Positions 1-9,676 of a DNA stretch of 64,000 nucleotides are shown here, in pieces (within the stretch, counting starts at the first letter, position 1; every line of letters starts with the position of its first letter). Where the stretch lies: positions 72-64,071 of the forward strand of contig CAYWBG010000001.1 of assembly GCA_964456005.1 (NCBI GenBank), written 5' to 3'. The stretch comes from an uncultured Halomonas sp. (GTDB taxonomy: Bacteria; Pseudomonadota; Gammaproteobacteria; Pseudomonadales; Halomonadaceae). The notes beneath the pieces are model-generated. The model saw only the letters and a program-made list of their open reading frames with translations, made no database searches and had not been told where the DNA came from. Both the position numbers and the translations under genes were made by a program.

Positions 1-537
1 AACGACGTCGAGTGGGGCATCCAGCGACGCCGCGTGGTGACCCTCGACGACGGCGAACCCAGTGAAGTGTCGATCTCGGTGGCCTGCATGCACTGCGACG
101 ATGCGCCTTGCATGGCGGTCTGCCCTACCGACTGCTTCTACAAGACCGATGATGGCATCGTGCTGCACGACAAAGACCTGTGCATTGGCTGCGGCTACTG
201 CCTCTACGCCTGCCCCTTCGGTGCACCGCAGTTTCCCAAGCAGAACGCCTTCGGCGAGCGCGGCAAAATGGACAAGTGCACCTTCTGTGCCGGCGGTCCG
301 GCGGATAGCAAGGAGGAGGAGTACGAGAAATATGGGGCCAATCGAATCGCCGAGGGCAAGCTGCCGCTGTGCGCCGAGATGTGCTCCACCAAGGCCCTGT
401 TGGCCGGCGATGCCCAGACGGTAGCGGACATCTTCCGCCAACGGGTGGTTCGTCGCGGCCATCCGGATGGCGCCTGGTCGGACAACCCCCAGGCCGCCGC
501 CGACTCATTGGCCTATGACGCGACCCGACAGGGGTAA
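1..537 (+). CDS. fdhB: Formate dehydrogenase iron-sulfur (beta) subunit, 5'-truncated by window edge
   Basis: 4Fe-4S motifs CMHCDDAPC, CIGCGYCLYACPFG, KCTFC, CAEMC. Frame is open to base 1 and is followed by the gamma subunit. Confidence 0.92.
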   Translation, partial: NDVEWGIQRRRVVTLDDGEPSEVSISVACMHCDDAPCMAVCPTDCFYKTDDGIVLHDKDLCIGCGYCLYACPFGAPQFPKQNAFGERGKMDKCTFCAGGPADSKEEEYEKYGANRIAEGKLPLCAEMCSTKALLAGDAQTVADIFRQRVVRRGHPDGAWSDNPQAAADSLAYDATRQG

Positions 538-548
538 GGAGGCACATC

Positions 549-1610
549 ATGACTCGCAACAACCCCTGGCTGCAGCCTTGGCAAGGCGCCTGTCTCGCCT
601 TGCTGCTGGCCCTGGCCTGCCTCCTCGCACCGCCGGCTCTGGCCCAGGCCGAGCCAGAACGGGAAGCCGCCACCGCCGTGGTGGGCGTTACCCCCGACAC
701 CTGGCGTCAGGTCCGCAGTGGCGAGGTAGATGCTAATTTCCGCGATACCCGCTTCGACTCCAACTACAACCTGATCAACGCCAGCGGTGAGACCTGGCGT
801 CAGCTGCGCAACCGCTGGGTCTCGCCCTTCGGCCTGATCGCCATCGGCGGCATGATAGCGGTCATCGCGATCTTCTATGTGATTGTCGGTCGTAAGGATC
901 TCAGCGAACCGCGTACCGGCCGCAAGATCCTGCGCTGGCCGCTGGTGGTGCGCTCGATCCACTGGACAGTGGCCTCTCTGTTCATCGTCCTGGCGCTCTC
1001 CGGCTTGAACCTGCTCTACGGCAAATTCGTCTTCCGGCCACTGTTCGGGGACGCTGTCTGGGGAGCCATGATCTCCGCCTCTAAGACCGCCCACAACTAT
1101 CTGGGGCCGCTGTTCGGCATCCTGCTGGTGGTGCTGTTGGCCAGGGTCCTGAAACACAACTGGCCGAAAAAGCACGACCTGGACTGGTTCAAGCAGGGAG
1201 GCGGCCTGGTCGGCAAGGGCCATCCCGATGCCGGCTTCGCCAACGGTGGCGAGAAACTGTGGTTCTGGCTGCTGGCCACCGCGGGCCTGGTGGTGGTAGT
1301 GAGCGGCTTGGTGCTCGACTTCCCCAACTATGGCCAGAGCCGTGACACCATGCAGTGGGCCAATGTGATCCATTCGGTGGGGGCGCTGGGGCTTACAGCG
1401 GTGGCGTTTGGTCATATCTACATCGGCACCATCGGCTCGGAGGGGTCGCTCGAGGCCATGACCACCGGCTACGTGGACGAGACCTGGGCCAAGGATCACC
1501 ACAACCTCTGGTATGAAGAGGTCAAGGATCAGGCGGTTCCCGAAGAGCAGCTCGCCGCCTCGCGGCCCGGCCCCGACGGCACCGAGGAGGCCAGCTCTCG
1601 TCCCGGATGA
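549..1610 (+). CDS. fdhC: Formate dehydrogenase cytochrome b (gamma) subunit
   Basis: Signal/TM N-terminus, heme-ligating His motifs (IHW, AHNY, IHS, GHIY), NGGEK, and SLEAMTTGYVDETWAKDHH. RBS AAGGAGG. Confidence 0.92.
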   Translation: MTRNNPWLQPWQGACLALLLALACLLAPPALAQAEPEREAATAVVGVTPDTWRQVRSGEVDANFRDTRFDSNYNLINASGETWRQLRNRWVSPFGLIAIGGMIAVIAIFYVIVGRKDLSEPRTGRKILRWPLVVRSIHWTVASLFIVLALSGLNLLYGKFVFRPLFGDAVWGAMISASKTAHNYLGPLFGILLVVLLARVLKHNWPKKHDLDWFKQGGGLVGKGHPDAGFANGGEKLWFWLLATAGLVVVVSGLVLDFPNYGQSRDTMQWANVIHSVGALGLTAVAFGHIYIGTIGSEGSLEAMTTGYVDETWAKDHHNLWYEEVKDQAVPEEQLAASRPGPDGTEEASSRPG

Positions 1611-1634
1611 GTTGCCTGACTCGCATGCGTTTTC

Positions 1635-1660
1635 GACACCGCCAGAAGGCGGTGTCTTTT
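1635..1660 (+). terminator. Rho-independent terminator after the fdh operon
   Basis: GACACCGCC-AGAA-GGCGGTGTC-TTTT. Confidence 0.8.
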
Positions 1661-1707
1661 GTTATGCTGACCGGACCAAGACACGCTATCACGGCAGGGA
1701 GACCCCC

Positions 1708-2034
1708 ATGGAACACCTCGACGACGCGACCCGCACCGAGCTGGAGGCCGCCGCCTTTCGGCGACTGCTCAAGCACCTCAATGCGCACAAGGAGGTCCAG
1801 AACATCGACCTGATGATACTGGCCGACTTCTGCCGCAACTGCCTCTCCAAGTGGCTGGTCAGTGCCGCCGAGGAGCGCGGTACCGAACTGGACTACGAGG
1901 CGGCAAGGGAGTTTGTCTACGGCATGCCCTACGCCGAGTGGAAAGCGCAATACCAGCAAGACGCCACCCCGGAACAGCTTGCCGCCTTTGAGGCTCGCCA
2001 GGCCGAGAAGCGCCAGGATGGGGAGTCTTCCTGA
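1708..2034 (+). CDS. DUF1244 family protein
   Basis: ELEAAAFRRL..HL...VQNIDLM.LA.FCRNCLSKW...YGMPY.EWK signature. Start reset to ATG 1708 after a GGGAG RBS. Confidence 0.85.
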   Translation: MEHLDDATRTELEAAAFRRLLKHLNAHKEVQNIDLMILADFCRNCLSKWLVSAAEERGTELDYEAAREFVYGMPYAEWKAQYQQDATPEQLAAFEARQAEKRQDGESS

Positions 2035-2035
2035 G

Positions 2036-2557
2036 ATGAGTGAGCCGATGATTCCTCTGGCCGTAGGCGTGCTGACCGTCTCCGACACGCGTACCGAGAC
2101 CACCGACCGCAGCGGGCAGCGACTGGTCGAGCGCCTCACTGCGTCGGGGCACCGCCTGGCCGACAAACGCATCGTGCCGGACGACATCTATCGCATCCGC
2201 GCCGTGGTCTCCGCATGGATTGCCGACCCCGGTATCCAGGTGGTGCTGGTCACCGGCGGCACCGGCTTCACCGGCCGGGACTCCACCCCCGAGGCGGTGG
2301 GCGCGCTGCTCGACAAGCGCATCGAGGGCTTCGGCGAACTGTTCCGTCACCTCAGCTGGCAGGAGATCGGCAGCTCCACGGTGCAGAGCCGCTGTCTGGG
2401 CGGGCTGGCCAACGCCACCGTGGTGTTCTGCCTACCCGGCTCCACCGGCGCCTGCCTCACCGCCTGGGACGGCATCCTGGCCGAACAGCTCGATAGTCGC
2501 CATAAACCCTGTAACTTTGCCAACCTCGTTATCCCTGAGCGAGGACAGCATGGCTGA
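2036..2557 (+). CDS. moaB: Molybdenum cofactor biosynthesis protein B
   Basis: [37 protein letters not shown]. Confidence 0.93.
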   Translation: MSEPMIPLAVGVLTVSDTRTETTDRSGQRLVERLTASGHRLADKRIVPDDIYRIRAVVSAWIADPGIQVVLVTGGTGFTGRDSTPEAVGALLDKRIEGFGELFRHLSWQEIGSSTVQSRCLGGLANATVVFCLPGSTGACLTAWDGILAEQLDSRHKPCNFANLVIPERGQHG

Positions 2558-3758
2558 ACTGCAGAGCGTGGAGTCGGCCCTGGCGGCCCTGCTCGAGGAT
2601 GTGACCCCACTACCTGCCGAGGTCCTGCCCTGCGACCAAGCCGCCGGGCGCGTGCTGGCCGAGCCAGTCGCGGCGCGCCTGGACGTGCCGCCCTTCGACA
2701 ACAGCGCCATGGATGGCTATGCGCTGCATCATGGCGATGCGGGAAGGTGGCTCGAGGTCAGCCAGCGAATTGCCGCCGGGACCCAAGCCGCGCCACTGGC
2801 GCCGGGCGGCTGCGCACGCATCTTCACCGGCGGCGAGATTCCGCCGGGGGCGAACTGCGTGGTGATGCAGGAGCGAGTCGAGACGGCGGGCGACCGAGCC
2901 TACGTCCCCGATGCCGTTCCCGAGGGCGACAATATTCGCCGCCGTGGCCGCGACGTCTCGGCCGGTGATGTCCTGCTGCCGGCCGGCGAACGACTGGAGG
3001 CGGCGGCACTGGGGCACCTCGCAGGCCAGGGCATTACCCAGGTAAGCGTGCGCCGGCGCCCCAGGGTCGCCCTGCTCAGCACCGGTGACGAGATCATCGA
3101 CCCCGGCCGGCCCCTCGCGCCGGGACAGATCTACAACTCCAACCGGCCCATGCTCAAACGCCTGCTGGAACGCTTCGGCGCCGAGCTGGTGACAGTCTCT
3201 ACGGTGCCCGACGACGCTGACGGGACGCGGGCATCACTGGCCGAAGCGGCTCGAGGGGCCGACGTGGTGATCACCACCGGCGGCGTCAGTGTGGGCGAGG
3301 AGGATCATGTCAGGGCGGCCGTTGAGCGGCTCGGCCGGATAGACCTCTGGCGTTTGGCCATGCGTCCGGGCAAGCCGCTGGCGCTGGGGCGCCTGCCCGG
3401 CGAAGCGGGATGCGTGACGCGCTTCGTGGGGCTGCCGGGCAATCCGGTCTCGAGCTTCGTAGGGGCCTGGCTGTTCCTGCGTCCGTTGATGGGGGCCCTG
3501 CAAGGCTGTTCATCCCTGGCAACGCTGCCTCAGCTGCAGGCCCGCGCCGACTTCGCCACCTCGACGGGCCCGCGCCGACACTACATGCGCGTCACCCTGG
3601 ACTTCACCGCAACGGGGATCATCGCCAGCTCGTACCGCGACCAGAACTCCGGCGTGCTGTCTTCCTGCATCGGCTCGGATGCCCTGGCCGTGATTCCTGC
3701 CCAGAGCCGCATCGAACGGGGCGATCCCCTCGACTGCCTGTGGCTCAATGTCTCCTGA
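2550..3758 (+). CDS. moeA: Molybdopterin molybdotransferase
   Basis: PPFDNSAMDGYA, IFTG, STGDE, TTGGVSVG, RPGKP, LPGNPVS. Overlaps the moaB stop. Confidence 0.95.
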   Translation: MAELQSVESALAALLEDVTPLPAEVLPCDQAAGRVLAEPVAARLDVPPFDNSAMDGYALHHGDAGRWLEVSQRIAAGTQAAPLAPGGCARIFTGGEIPPGANCVVMQERVETAGDRAYVPDAVPEGDNIRRRGRDVSAGDVLLPAGERLEAAALGHLAGQGITQVSVRRRPRVALLSTGDEIIDPGRPLAPGQIYNSNRPMLKRLLERFGAELVTVSTVPDDADGTRASLAEAARGADVVITTGGVSVGEEDHVRAAVERLGRIDLWRLAMRPGKPLALGRLPGEAGCVTRFVGLPGNPVSSFVGAWLFLRPLMGALQGCSSLATLPQLQARADFATSTGPRRHYMRVTLDFTATGIIASSYRDQNSGVLSSCIGSDALAVIPAQSRIERGDPLDCLWLNVS

Positions 3759-3762
3759 GGGG

Positions 3763-4332
3763 TCACTCCCCGGACACTTCCAGCGCCGCGCAGACCTGGG
3801 GCCAGAGACGCTGAAAGTCGCTCTCCAGTTGGTCGTAATCCGCATCCAACCAGGGCACCAGCTCGGCCAGGCGATTGGGCCCCGATAGGCGCTGACCGAT
3901 CCCGCAGATGGCGCGGCAGGTAAACGTGAAGTCGGCATAGCCGTGCAGCCAGTCCTGAGCCACCAGCGCTGGCATCATGGTCGCTAGACGATTCGGCGCG
4001 GCGCGCTGGTCCAGCAAGCAGTAGCAGCGTGCTACCAGCCGGGAGTCATGGTGGTCGAGACCCATCTCACGCGCGACAAAGTGGTCCCAGACCAGATCCA
4101 GGGCAATGCCCGCATAGCGCCGCTGGGGCCGCGGCGCCCGCTCCCGCACCGCCTGCACCACCGGGTGGCCATCCACGAAGGCGTCCACGCGGCGGTGGTG
4201 ACGAATGCCGGCGGCGATTTCTGCCCTCCAGGCCGAAAGGTCAACACCCTTGACCCCATCGGCAATCAGGTTGCCGTAGAGGAAGTCGTCGCTGCCGTGG
4301 CGCGCGAGCCAGGCGTGAGCCAGGAAGTTCAC
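3763..4332 (-). CDS. acpH: ACP phosphodiesterase
   Basis: MNFLAH...GNLIADGVKG...HRRVDAFVD.HP...D+VWDHF. Confidence 0.88.
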   Translation of the reverse strand: MNFLAHAWLARHGSDDFLYGNLIADGVKGVDLSAWRAEIAAGIRHHRRVDAFVDGHPVVQAVRERAPRPQRRYAGIALDLVWDHFVAREMGLDHHDSRLVARCYCLLDQRAAPNRLATMMPALVAQDWLHGYADFTFTCRAICGIGQRLSGPNRLAELVPWLDADYDQLESDFQRLWPQVCAALEVSGE

Positions 4333-4339
4333 GGTGATC

Positions 4340-4693
4340 CTAGAGACAGTTGGCCGGCTTGGGCAGGCCCGCCAGCCGGGCCGCCAGCTTGGCCGGACTG
4401 CCCGGAAACAGGCGCATCAGGTGAATGGAGCGGCCCTTGTCCGGTCCCAGGGCCCTGCCAACGGACTTGACCAGTGGGCGCATGGCTGGGGCCTGCTCGA
4501 ACCGGGAGTAGAAGTCCCGCAGCACTTCGAGCACTTCCCAGTGCTCGGCGGTCAGCGTCAGCCCCTCCTCAACCGCTAGACATTCGGCAACGGCCGGCGA
4601 CCAGTCGGCCAGGTCGACCAAATACCCTTCGGGGTCCAGGGGAATCTCGCGGTCCGCCACCACCAGATGGCGGGCGACTTCCGTGCTTGCCAT
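4340..4693 (-). CDS. tusE: Sulfur relay protein TusE/DsrC
   Basis: DPEGYL...W; C-terminal LAGLPKPANCL with penultimate Cys. Confidence 0.93.
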   Translation of the reverse strand: MASTEVARHLVVADREIPLDPEGYLVDLADWSPAVAECLAVEEGLTLTAEHWEVLEVLRDFYSRFEQAPAMRPLVKSVGRALGPDKGRSIHLMRLFPGSPAKLAARLAGLPKPANCL

Positions 4694-4983
4694 CAGAACC
4701 AGCTCACCGTGCGTTCGGCCTGCTCCGTCAGCAGGACGAAGCCATCCACGTCGACTACCTGGACCTCGGCATCACAGTGCCCTTCCAGGCCCCTTGATGC
4801 CAGGTCCTCGCGCAAGGCAAAGAGTCGTCCCTCCAGCCCCTCGAAGTGGCGCACCTGCTGCGGCAGGGCGCCCTGAACGCCATCCTCGATCAGCAGCAGT
4901 CGATCCTCCGGGCCCATGGCGGTCAACGCCTGGCGATAGACCAGGCTGCTGGCGGGCGAGCGATTCAGGATATGCAGTAGCAT
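4693..4983 (-). CDS. tusB: Sulfurtransferase complex subunit TusB/DsrH
   Basis: LHILNRSP, LLLIEDGV, DL.SRG; operon context. Confidence 0.9.
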   Translation of the reverse strand: MLLHILNRSPASSLVYRQALTAMGPEDRLLLIEDGVQGALPQQVRHFEGLEGRLFALREDLASRGLEGHCDAEVQVVDVDGFVLLTEQAERTVSWF

Positions 4984-5020
4984 GCTCGGCTCCTCGGGCC
5001 GCGGGTCTTCGCGGCGAGTG

Positions 5021-5419
5021 TCAGAAAGTCAACACCAGCCGGTGCGCGGCGGGCAAGCGGGAAAGCGACTCGGCGTCGAGACGGCGCACCGGCAGCATCA
5101 ATTCACTTTCGTCGAGACCAAAGCGCATCAGGGCCTCGGCCTCCACCAAGAGGTCGTGGATATCATACAACTCCAGCATCTCGAGGGTCGCGGCCGTGCC
5201 CTTCTGCCCCAGCGCCCCGACCTGCTGGCCCTTGAGCAGTGCGGTGACCGCCTCGCCCATGAAGAGTAGCGAGACACGCCGCCCGAATGCCGCCGCCACC
5301 AAGGCAGCATCCAGCCCCTCGCGCAACCAGCTTGTGCCGTGGGGGGCGTGACGCAGGATAACCAGCAGGTCGCCGGAAATTACCTCGACGCTCGCTGTTT
5401 CGGCAGTGGCTTCGCTCAT
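5021..5419 (-). CDS. tusC: Sulfurtransferase complex subunit TusC/DsrF
   Basis: HAPHGT...REGLDAAL..AAF, LELYDI; operon context. Confidence 0.9.
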   Translation of the reverse strand: MSEATAETASVEVISGDLLVILRHAPHGTSWLREGLDAALVAAAFGRRVSLLFMGEAVTALLKGQQVGALGQKGTAATLEMLELYDIHDLLVEAEALMRFGLDESELMLPVRRLDAESLSRLPAAHRLVLTF

Positions 5420-5439
5420 TTCTCCTCCTCGTGCCGACC

Positions 5440-5832
5440 TCAGGGGCCGAAGGTGACCAGGCGATCGCAGCGCAGACCCAGGTCGATCAGCTGCCCTAGG
5501 CCAGTCAGCTCGAACGGCGACGCGACGCTGTGACCCGACTTGCCGTGGCGGGCCGCTTCGCGCTCATCGAGCAGACCCCGGCGCAGGGCCGCCGCGATAC
5601 ACACCTGGAGCGGCACGTCGTGCTCGCTGTGCAGCGTTTTCCAGCCATCGACCAGGTGGGGCTCATCCTGGGAGGGGGCCGCGAGACGCGCCGCGTTCTG
5701 CACGCCGTCATGATAGAAGAATACGCCTTCCAGTTCGTGTCCCCTGGCTACCAGGGATCGAGCAAACCTGAGTGCGGAGTGCGATGCCTGGTGACTGTAG
5801 GGAGCGCCGAGCAGCAGGATGGCATAGCGCAT
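5440..5832 (-). CDS. tusD: Sulfurtransferase complex subunit TusD/DsrE
   Basis: APYS, FFYHDGV, VCIAAALRRG (catalytic Cys), GLGQL. Confidence 0.93.
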   Translation of the reverse strand: MRYAILLLGAPYSHQASHSALRFARSLVARGHELEGVFFYHDGVQNAARLAAPSQDEPHLVDGWKTLHSEHDVPLQVCIAAALRRGLLDEREAARHGKSGHSVASPFELTGLGQLIDLGLRCDRLVTFGP

Positions 5833-5851
5833 GGGAAGAGGTCTCCACAAA

Positions 5852-5883
5852 CAGGTTGGCCCCGCCGAGGCGGGGCCAACCTG
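5852..5883 (-). terminator. Strong hairpin between yccA and tusD (terminator or mRNA-stabilising stem)
   Basis: Perfect inverted repeat CAGGTTGGCCCCGCC / GGCGGGGCCAACCTG, followed on the minus strand by only a short TTTGT. Confidence 0.55.
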
Positions 5884-5904
5884 AGATTGCTGCCGCCTAG
5901 GTCG

Positions 5905-6573
5905 TTAGTCGTTGCCCATGATGCCGAGCAGCGCCAACAGGCTGACGAAGAGGTTGTAGATCGACACGTAGAGCGTAATGGTGGCCAGGATATAGTTGGT
6001 CTCACCCGCGCGATGGACGATCTCGCTGGTCTGATAGAGAATCGCCGCCGAGGCGAAGAGGACAAAGCCGGCGGAGACCATCAACATCAGGGTCGGAATC
6101 TGGAGGACCAACCCGGCTACCATGGCCAGGATCAACACGATGGCACCGGCCACCAGGAAGTTGCCAAGGAAACTGAAATCTTTCTTAGTGATCAGTGCCA
6201 CCGCAGAAAGGCCGATGAAGGTGAGGCCGGTCATGGCCAGAGCGTTCATGACCAAGGCGGCGCCGTTGGGCATCGCCAGGTAGGCGCTGAGGATCGGCCC
6301 CAGGGTAAACCCCATGAAACCGGTAAAGGCGAAGGTAGACAGCAGCCCCAGTGCCGAGTTAGCGGTCTTGTGGACCAGGAACATCAGTCCGTAGGCGCCA
6401 ATGAAGAACACCAGGATATTCATGCGCTCGACGCCCATCGACATGGCCGCGCCAGCGGTTACTGCCGAGAAGAGCAGCGTCATGGCCAGCAGGCCATAGG
6501 TGTTGCGCAGGACCTTGTTAGTACCGACCGCCTGTGTCTGCTGGCCGGTCAGTTGGGTATCTTGATAAGCCAT
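5905..6573 (-). CDS. yccA: Bax inhibitor-1/YccA family membrane protein
   Basis: NKVLRNTYGLL..TLLFSA, FTGFMG.TLGP, GETNYILAT.TLYVSIYNLF. Confidence 0.93.
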   Translation of the reverse strand: MAYQDTQLTGQQTQAVGTNKVLRNTYGLLAMTLLFSAVTAGAAMSMGVERMNILVFFIGAYGLMFLVHKTANSALGLLSTFAFTGFMGFTLGPILSAYLAMPNGAALVMNALAMTGLTFIGLSAVALITKKDFSFLGNFLVAGAIVLILAMVAGLVLQIPTLMLMVSAGFVLFASAAILYQTSEIVHRAGETNYILATITLYVSIYNLFVSLLALLGIMGND

Positions 6574-6627
6574 TGATCCAGTGCTCCCTGTGGTCAGTTG
6601 ATCTTGGCACTAGACCTAGAATGCCGT

Positions 6628-7125
6628 CTACAAGTTCCCGGTGCAAGATGTTGAGTCCGAAGAACTCAACGCTGAGCTTGCGCAAGCCGCCTCGTCAAGC
6701 AGACGTCGTGCCACCCGAGCGGCGCTTTCGCATACCTCCGCGTTGGCGGCGTCCAGCATGGCGAGGTCCATCCAGCGCAATTCAGTGGCGTCGTCGGCGG
6801 CTGCCTCGACGCCGCCTCGCCAGTGCATGCCGACGACCACTATCACATAGTGGGCCAGCAGGCCGCCCCGGTCATCGTGATCGAACAGGTCGATGGCGGT
6901 CAAGATGCGCTCGGCAAATGCCTCGACGCCCGTCTCCTCGTGCAGCTCTCGCACCGCAGCGTCCCGCAGGCTCTCGCCGACCTCGACCTTGCCGCCGGGC
7001 AGGGCCAACTGGCCCGCATTGGGGGGGTTGCGTCGGCGGACCATCAGGATACGACCGTCGCGGATCAGCGCGGCCGACACCGCTGGCACAGGGTGAAGAT
7101 TGGCCTTTTCACGGGAGTCTGGCAT
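6628..7125 (-). CDS. NUDIX hydrolase
   Basis: Nudix box GGKVEVGESLRDAAVRELHEETG. Confidence 0.88.
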   Translation of the reverse strand: MPDSREKANLHPVPAVSAALIRDGRILMVRRRNPPNAGQLALPGGKVEVGESLRDAAVRELHEETGVEAFAERILTAIDLFDHDDRGGLLAHYVIVVVGMHWRGGVEAAADDATELRWMDLAMLDAANAEVCESAARVARRLLDEAACASSALSSSDSTSCTGNL

Positions 7126-7199
7126 GACGGACTGCCTCCTTTTCTCACAGTCTGCCCCAGGCGTCTGGGTTTGGCTAATGCCTTGATCCGCTAGCGCTC

Positions 7200-7227
7200 T
7201 TGACCCAGCGGAGAAAACTGGTAATAT
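7200..7227 (+). promoter_or_regulatory. Sigma70-type promoter of tRNA-Ser
   Basis: TTGACC-N16-TAATAT with TG extension and a GC-rich discriminator, 15 nt upstream of the tRNA. Confidence 0.65.
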
Positions 7228-7242
7228 GCGTGGCCGTAAGAC

Positions 7243-7330
7243 GGAGGGGTGGCAGAGTGGTCGATTGCACCGGTCTTGAAAACCGGCGAACCGAGAGGTT
7301 CCCAGGGTTCGAATCCCTGCCCCTCCGCCA
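7243..7330 (+). tRNA. tRNA-Ser(TGA)
   Basis: Acceptor stem GGAGGGG/CCCCTCC, anticodon arm CCGGT-CT-TGA-AA-ACCGG, long variable arm, GGTTCGAATCC, 3' GCCA. Confidence 0.97.
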
Positions 7331-7342
7331 ACGACTCTTTAG

Positions 7343-7374
7343 AAAAAGGCACCTACGGGTGCCTTTTTCGTTTT
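7343..7374 (+). terminator. Rho-independent (probably bidirectional) terminator after the tRNA
   Basis: AAAAAGGCACC-TACG-GGTGCCTTTTT-CGTTTT. Confidence 0.88.
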
Positions 7375-7439
7375 CAGCCCCTGGAATTTCCGGTCCTTAT
7401 TGTGCCGGCCAACCTTCCCCAACCCCGGTGACGTCGCAC

Positions 7440-7976
7440 ATGGCTCTGAAGGCAAGTATTCACAAGGTACAGCTGCAGGTCGCCGACATGGACCGACACT
7501 ACTATGCGGACCATGCCCTGACCGTGGCGCGGCATCCCTCGGAAACCGACGAACGGATGATGGTGAGGCTGCTAGCCTTCGCCCGGCATGCTGACGAGTC
7601 CCTCGCCTTCGGTCGCGGGGTGAGCACCGAGGACGAGCCTGACCTCTGGCTCAAGGACCTGACCGGTGCCATCGAGTTATGGATCCAACTCGGTCAGCCC
7701 GACGAAAAGAGTCTCCGCCGCGCCTGCGGACGAGCTCGTCAGGTCGTTGTCTACACCTATAGCGGCCACGGGGCGGCACTCTGGTGGGAGTCGCAGGCAG
7801 ACAAGCTCTCCGGCCTGCATAACCTGACGGTAATCGACGTCTCCTCTGACTCGGTTCGGGCCCTGGCCGGCTTGTCGGCAAAGGCCATGAGCCTGAACGC
7901 CACCCTTCAGGACGGAATGGTCTGGCTGGCCAGTCCCGAGCAGTCAGTGGAGGTCGAGCTTACGGTCCGTCAGTAG
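7440..7976 (+). CDS. yaeQ: YaeQ family protein
   Basis: MALKASIHK..L.VADMDRHYY...ARHPSETDERMM.RLLAF...GVSTEDEPDLW. Confidence 0.92.
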   Translation: MALKASIHKVQLQVADMDRHYYADHALTVARHPSETDERMMVRLLAFARHADESLAFGRGVSTEDEPDLWLKDLTGAIELWIQLGQPDEKSLRRACGRARQVVVYTYSGHGAALWWESQADKLSGLHNLTVIDVSSDSVRALAGLSAKAMSLNATLQDGMVWLASPEQSVEVELTVRQ

Positions 7977-9676
7977 AGCCGCAGGCCTACCTTAGTAACG
8001 GTATTGCCTTCCATCTCGTTGACCACCCAGTGGATACCGTGCCAGTCCACATCGTCACCCACCACCGGATGCCCCCCGACCCGCAGCGAAACGAAATCGG
8101 CCAGGCTCATGTCCTTCTCACCCGGACTCAGCGTCAGACCATAGGCGTCGGCGACATCCTGCATGCGCGCTTCGCCGTCGAAGGTGAAAGTGCCGAAGAA
8201 CGCGCGTTCCCGCTTGAGCGTGGCATCGCCGTTGAACAGGCGGTTGAGGGCCGGCAGGTCGTCGGTCCGCCCGATCACGCAGATCACGTCCCCCTTCTGC
8301 AAACGAGTGCTGCCCTTGGGGTGAAGCATGGCATGTTCGCGGAACAGCGCCGAGATAAGCGCACCCGAGGGAAAGCGCAGCAGGCGGATCGGCACGTCTT
8401 CAAGGTCTTCGTTCTCCACTTCGTAGACGAACATCTCGTAGTCATTCTCGGGCAGGATCCCCAAGGGACCGCGATGGTTGGGAGTCACGCTGATGGGCAC
8501 CTCGACTCTCATCCAGCGCGCCATCCAGGAGAGGCTGCCGCCCTGGATGAGCAGCGACATCAGCACCACCGCAAAGGCGACATTGAAATAGAGCGATGAG
8601 TTCTCGACGCCGCCGATCACCGGGAAGATGGCCAGCACGATCGGCACCGCCCCGCGCAGACCCACCCAGGCAATGAACCAGGTTTCTCGCCAGCGAAACT
8701 TGAAGAAGGGCTTGATCGTGATAAGCACTGCCAGCGGACGAGCGACAAAGATCAGGCCCAGGGCGACCAGGGAGGCCGGCAGCGCATACTCCAGCAACTC
8801 GCTGGGTGTGACAAGCAGGCCCAGCACCAGGAAGAGGCCTATCTGGCTGAGCCAGGCCAGCCCATCGTGGACCGGCAGTATGAAGTTGAGGTGACGTCCG
8901 GGCTGATTCCCGATCATCAACCCGGTTAGGTAGATTGCCAGGAAGCCGCTGCCCCCCAGCAGGTTAGTGAGGCCGAACACGAAGAACCCCAGCGCCAGGG
9001 CCAGCAGTGAATAGAGCCCGGGTGCCAGGTCTACCCAGCGCAGCAGACGGGCGCTAAGCCAGCCCCCACCCACGCCGATCACCAGGCCGAGTCCGAACTG
9101 GGTGACCAGAAAGAGACCGGTATCCAGCACGCCACCGACCTCCCCCACCAGCATCTCGACCAGCACCAGCGTCAGGAAGATCGCCATGGGGTCGTTGGTA
9201 CCCGACTCTATCTCCAGGGTCGCGCCGACCCGTTCGTTGAGGTTCACGCCGCGACCGCTAAGCATCGAGAACACCGCGGCGGCGTCGGTAGAGCCGACGA
9301 TGGCACCCACCAGCAGCCCCTGGATCAGGGTCAGGTCGAGGATCCACATGGCCAACAGACCGACCAGACCGCTGGTGATGAACACCCCGAGAGTCGACAG
9401 GGAGAGCGCCGGCCGAAAGCCGACGCGGAACGTCTTGAGGCGAGTGCGCAGTCCGCCATCGAGCAGTATCATGCCCAGGGCCAGGTGGCCGATGACGAAG
9501 GCCTGAGTGTAGTCGTCGAACACGACCCCCAGGATGCCCTCTTCACCCGCCAGCATGCCGAGGCCAAGGAAAATCAACAGCAATGGCACCCCCACCAGCG
9601 TCGAGAGACGACTGGCGAGCACGCTCAGGGCAATCAGAAAACCGGTGAGCAGGAAGAGGGTGTGCATCGTGTCCAT
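7970..9676 (-). CDS. cvrA: K+/H+ antiporter NhaP2 (CPA1 + TrkA-C + CorC-like C-terminus)
   Basis: GSTDAAAVFS, LEIESGTNDPMA, WVGLRGAVPIVLA; C-terminal cytoplasmic domains. Confidence 0.9.
   Translation of the reverse strand: MDTMHTLFLLTGFLIALSVLASRLSTLVGVPLLLIFLGLGMLAGEEGILGVVFDDYTQAFVIGHLALGMILLDGGLRTRLKTFRVGFRPALSLSTLGVFITSGLVGLLAMWILDLTLIQGLLVGAIVGSTDAAAVFSMLSGRGVNLNERVGATLEIESGTNDPMAIFLTLVLVEMLVGEVGGVLDTGLFLVTQFGLGLVIGVGGGWLSARLLRWVDLAPGLYSLLALALGFFVFGLTNLLGGSGFLAIYLTGLMIGNQPGRHLNFILPVHDGLAWLSQIGLFLVLGLLVTPSELLEYALPASLVALGLIFVARPLAVLITIKPFFKFRWRETWFIAWVGLRGAVPIVLAIFPVIGGVENSSLYFNVAFAVVLMSLLIQGGSLSWMARWMRVEVPISVTPNHRGPLGILPENDYEMFVYEVENEDLEDVPIRLLRFPSGALISALFREHAMLHPKGSTRLQKGDVICVIGRTDDLPALNRLFNGDATLKRERAFFGTFTFDGEARMQDVADAYGLTLSPGEKDMSLADFVSLRVGGHPVVGDDVDWHGIHWVVNEMEGNTVTKVGLRLY

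Noticed and set aside
7200-7439. N-terminal extensions in the ORF track (yaeQ, prpE, metY, yhhQ, bkdA2 and others)
   Set aside because: They run through a tRNA, riboswitch, promoter or neighbouring gene. Downstream ATGs with RBS match the family N-termini.
7243-7440. tRNA-Ser as an integration site for an island or prophage
   Set aside because: It is followed directly by a terminator and yaeQ. No integrase was found, and no duplicated tRNA 3' end was noticed in the window.
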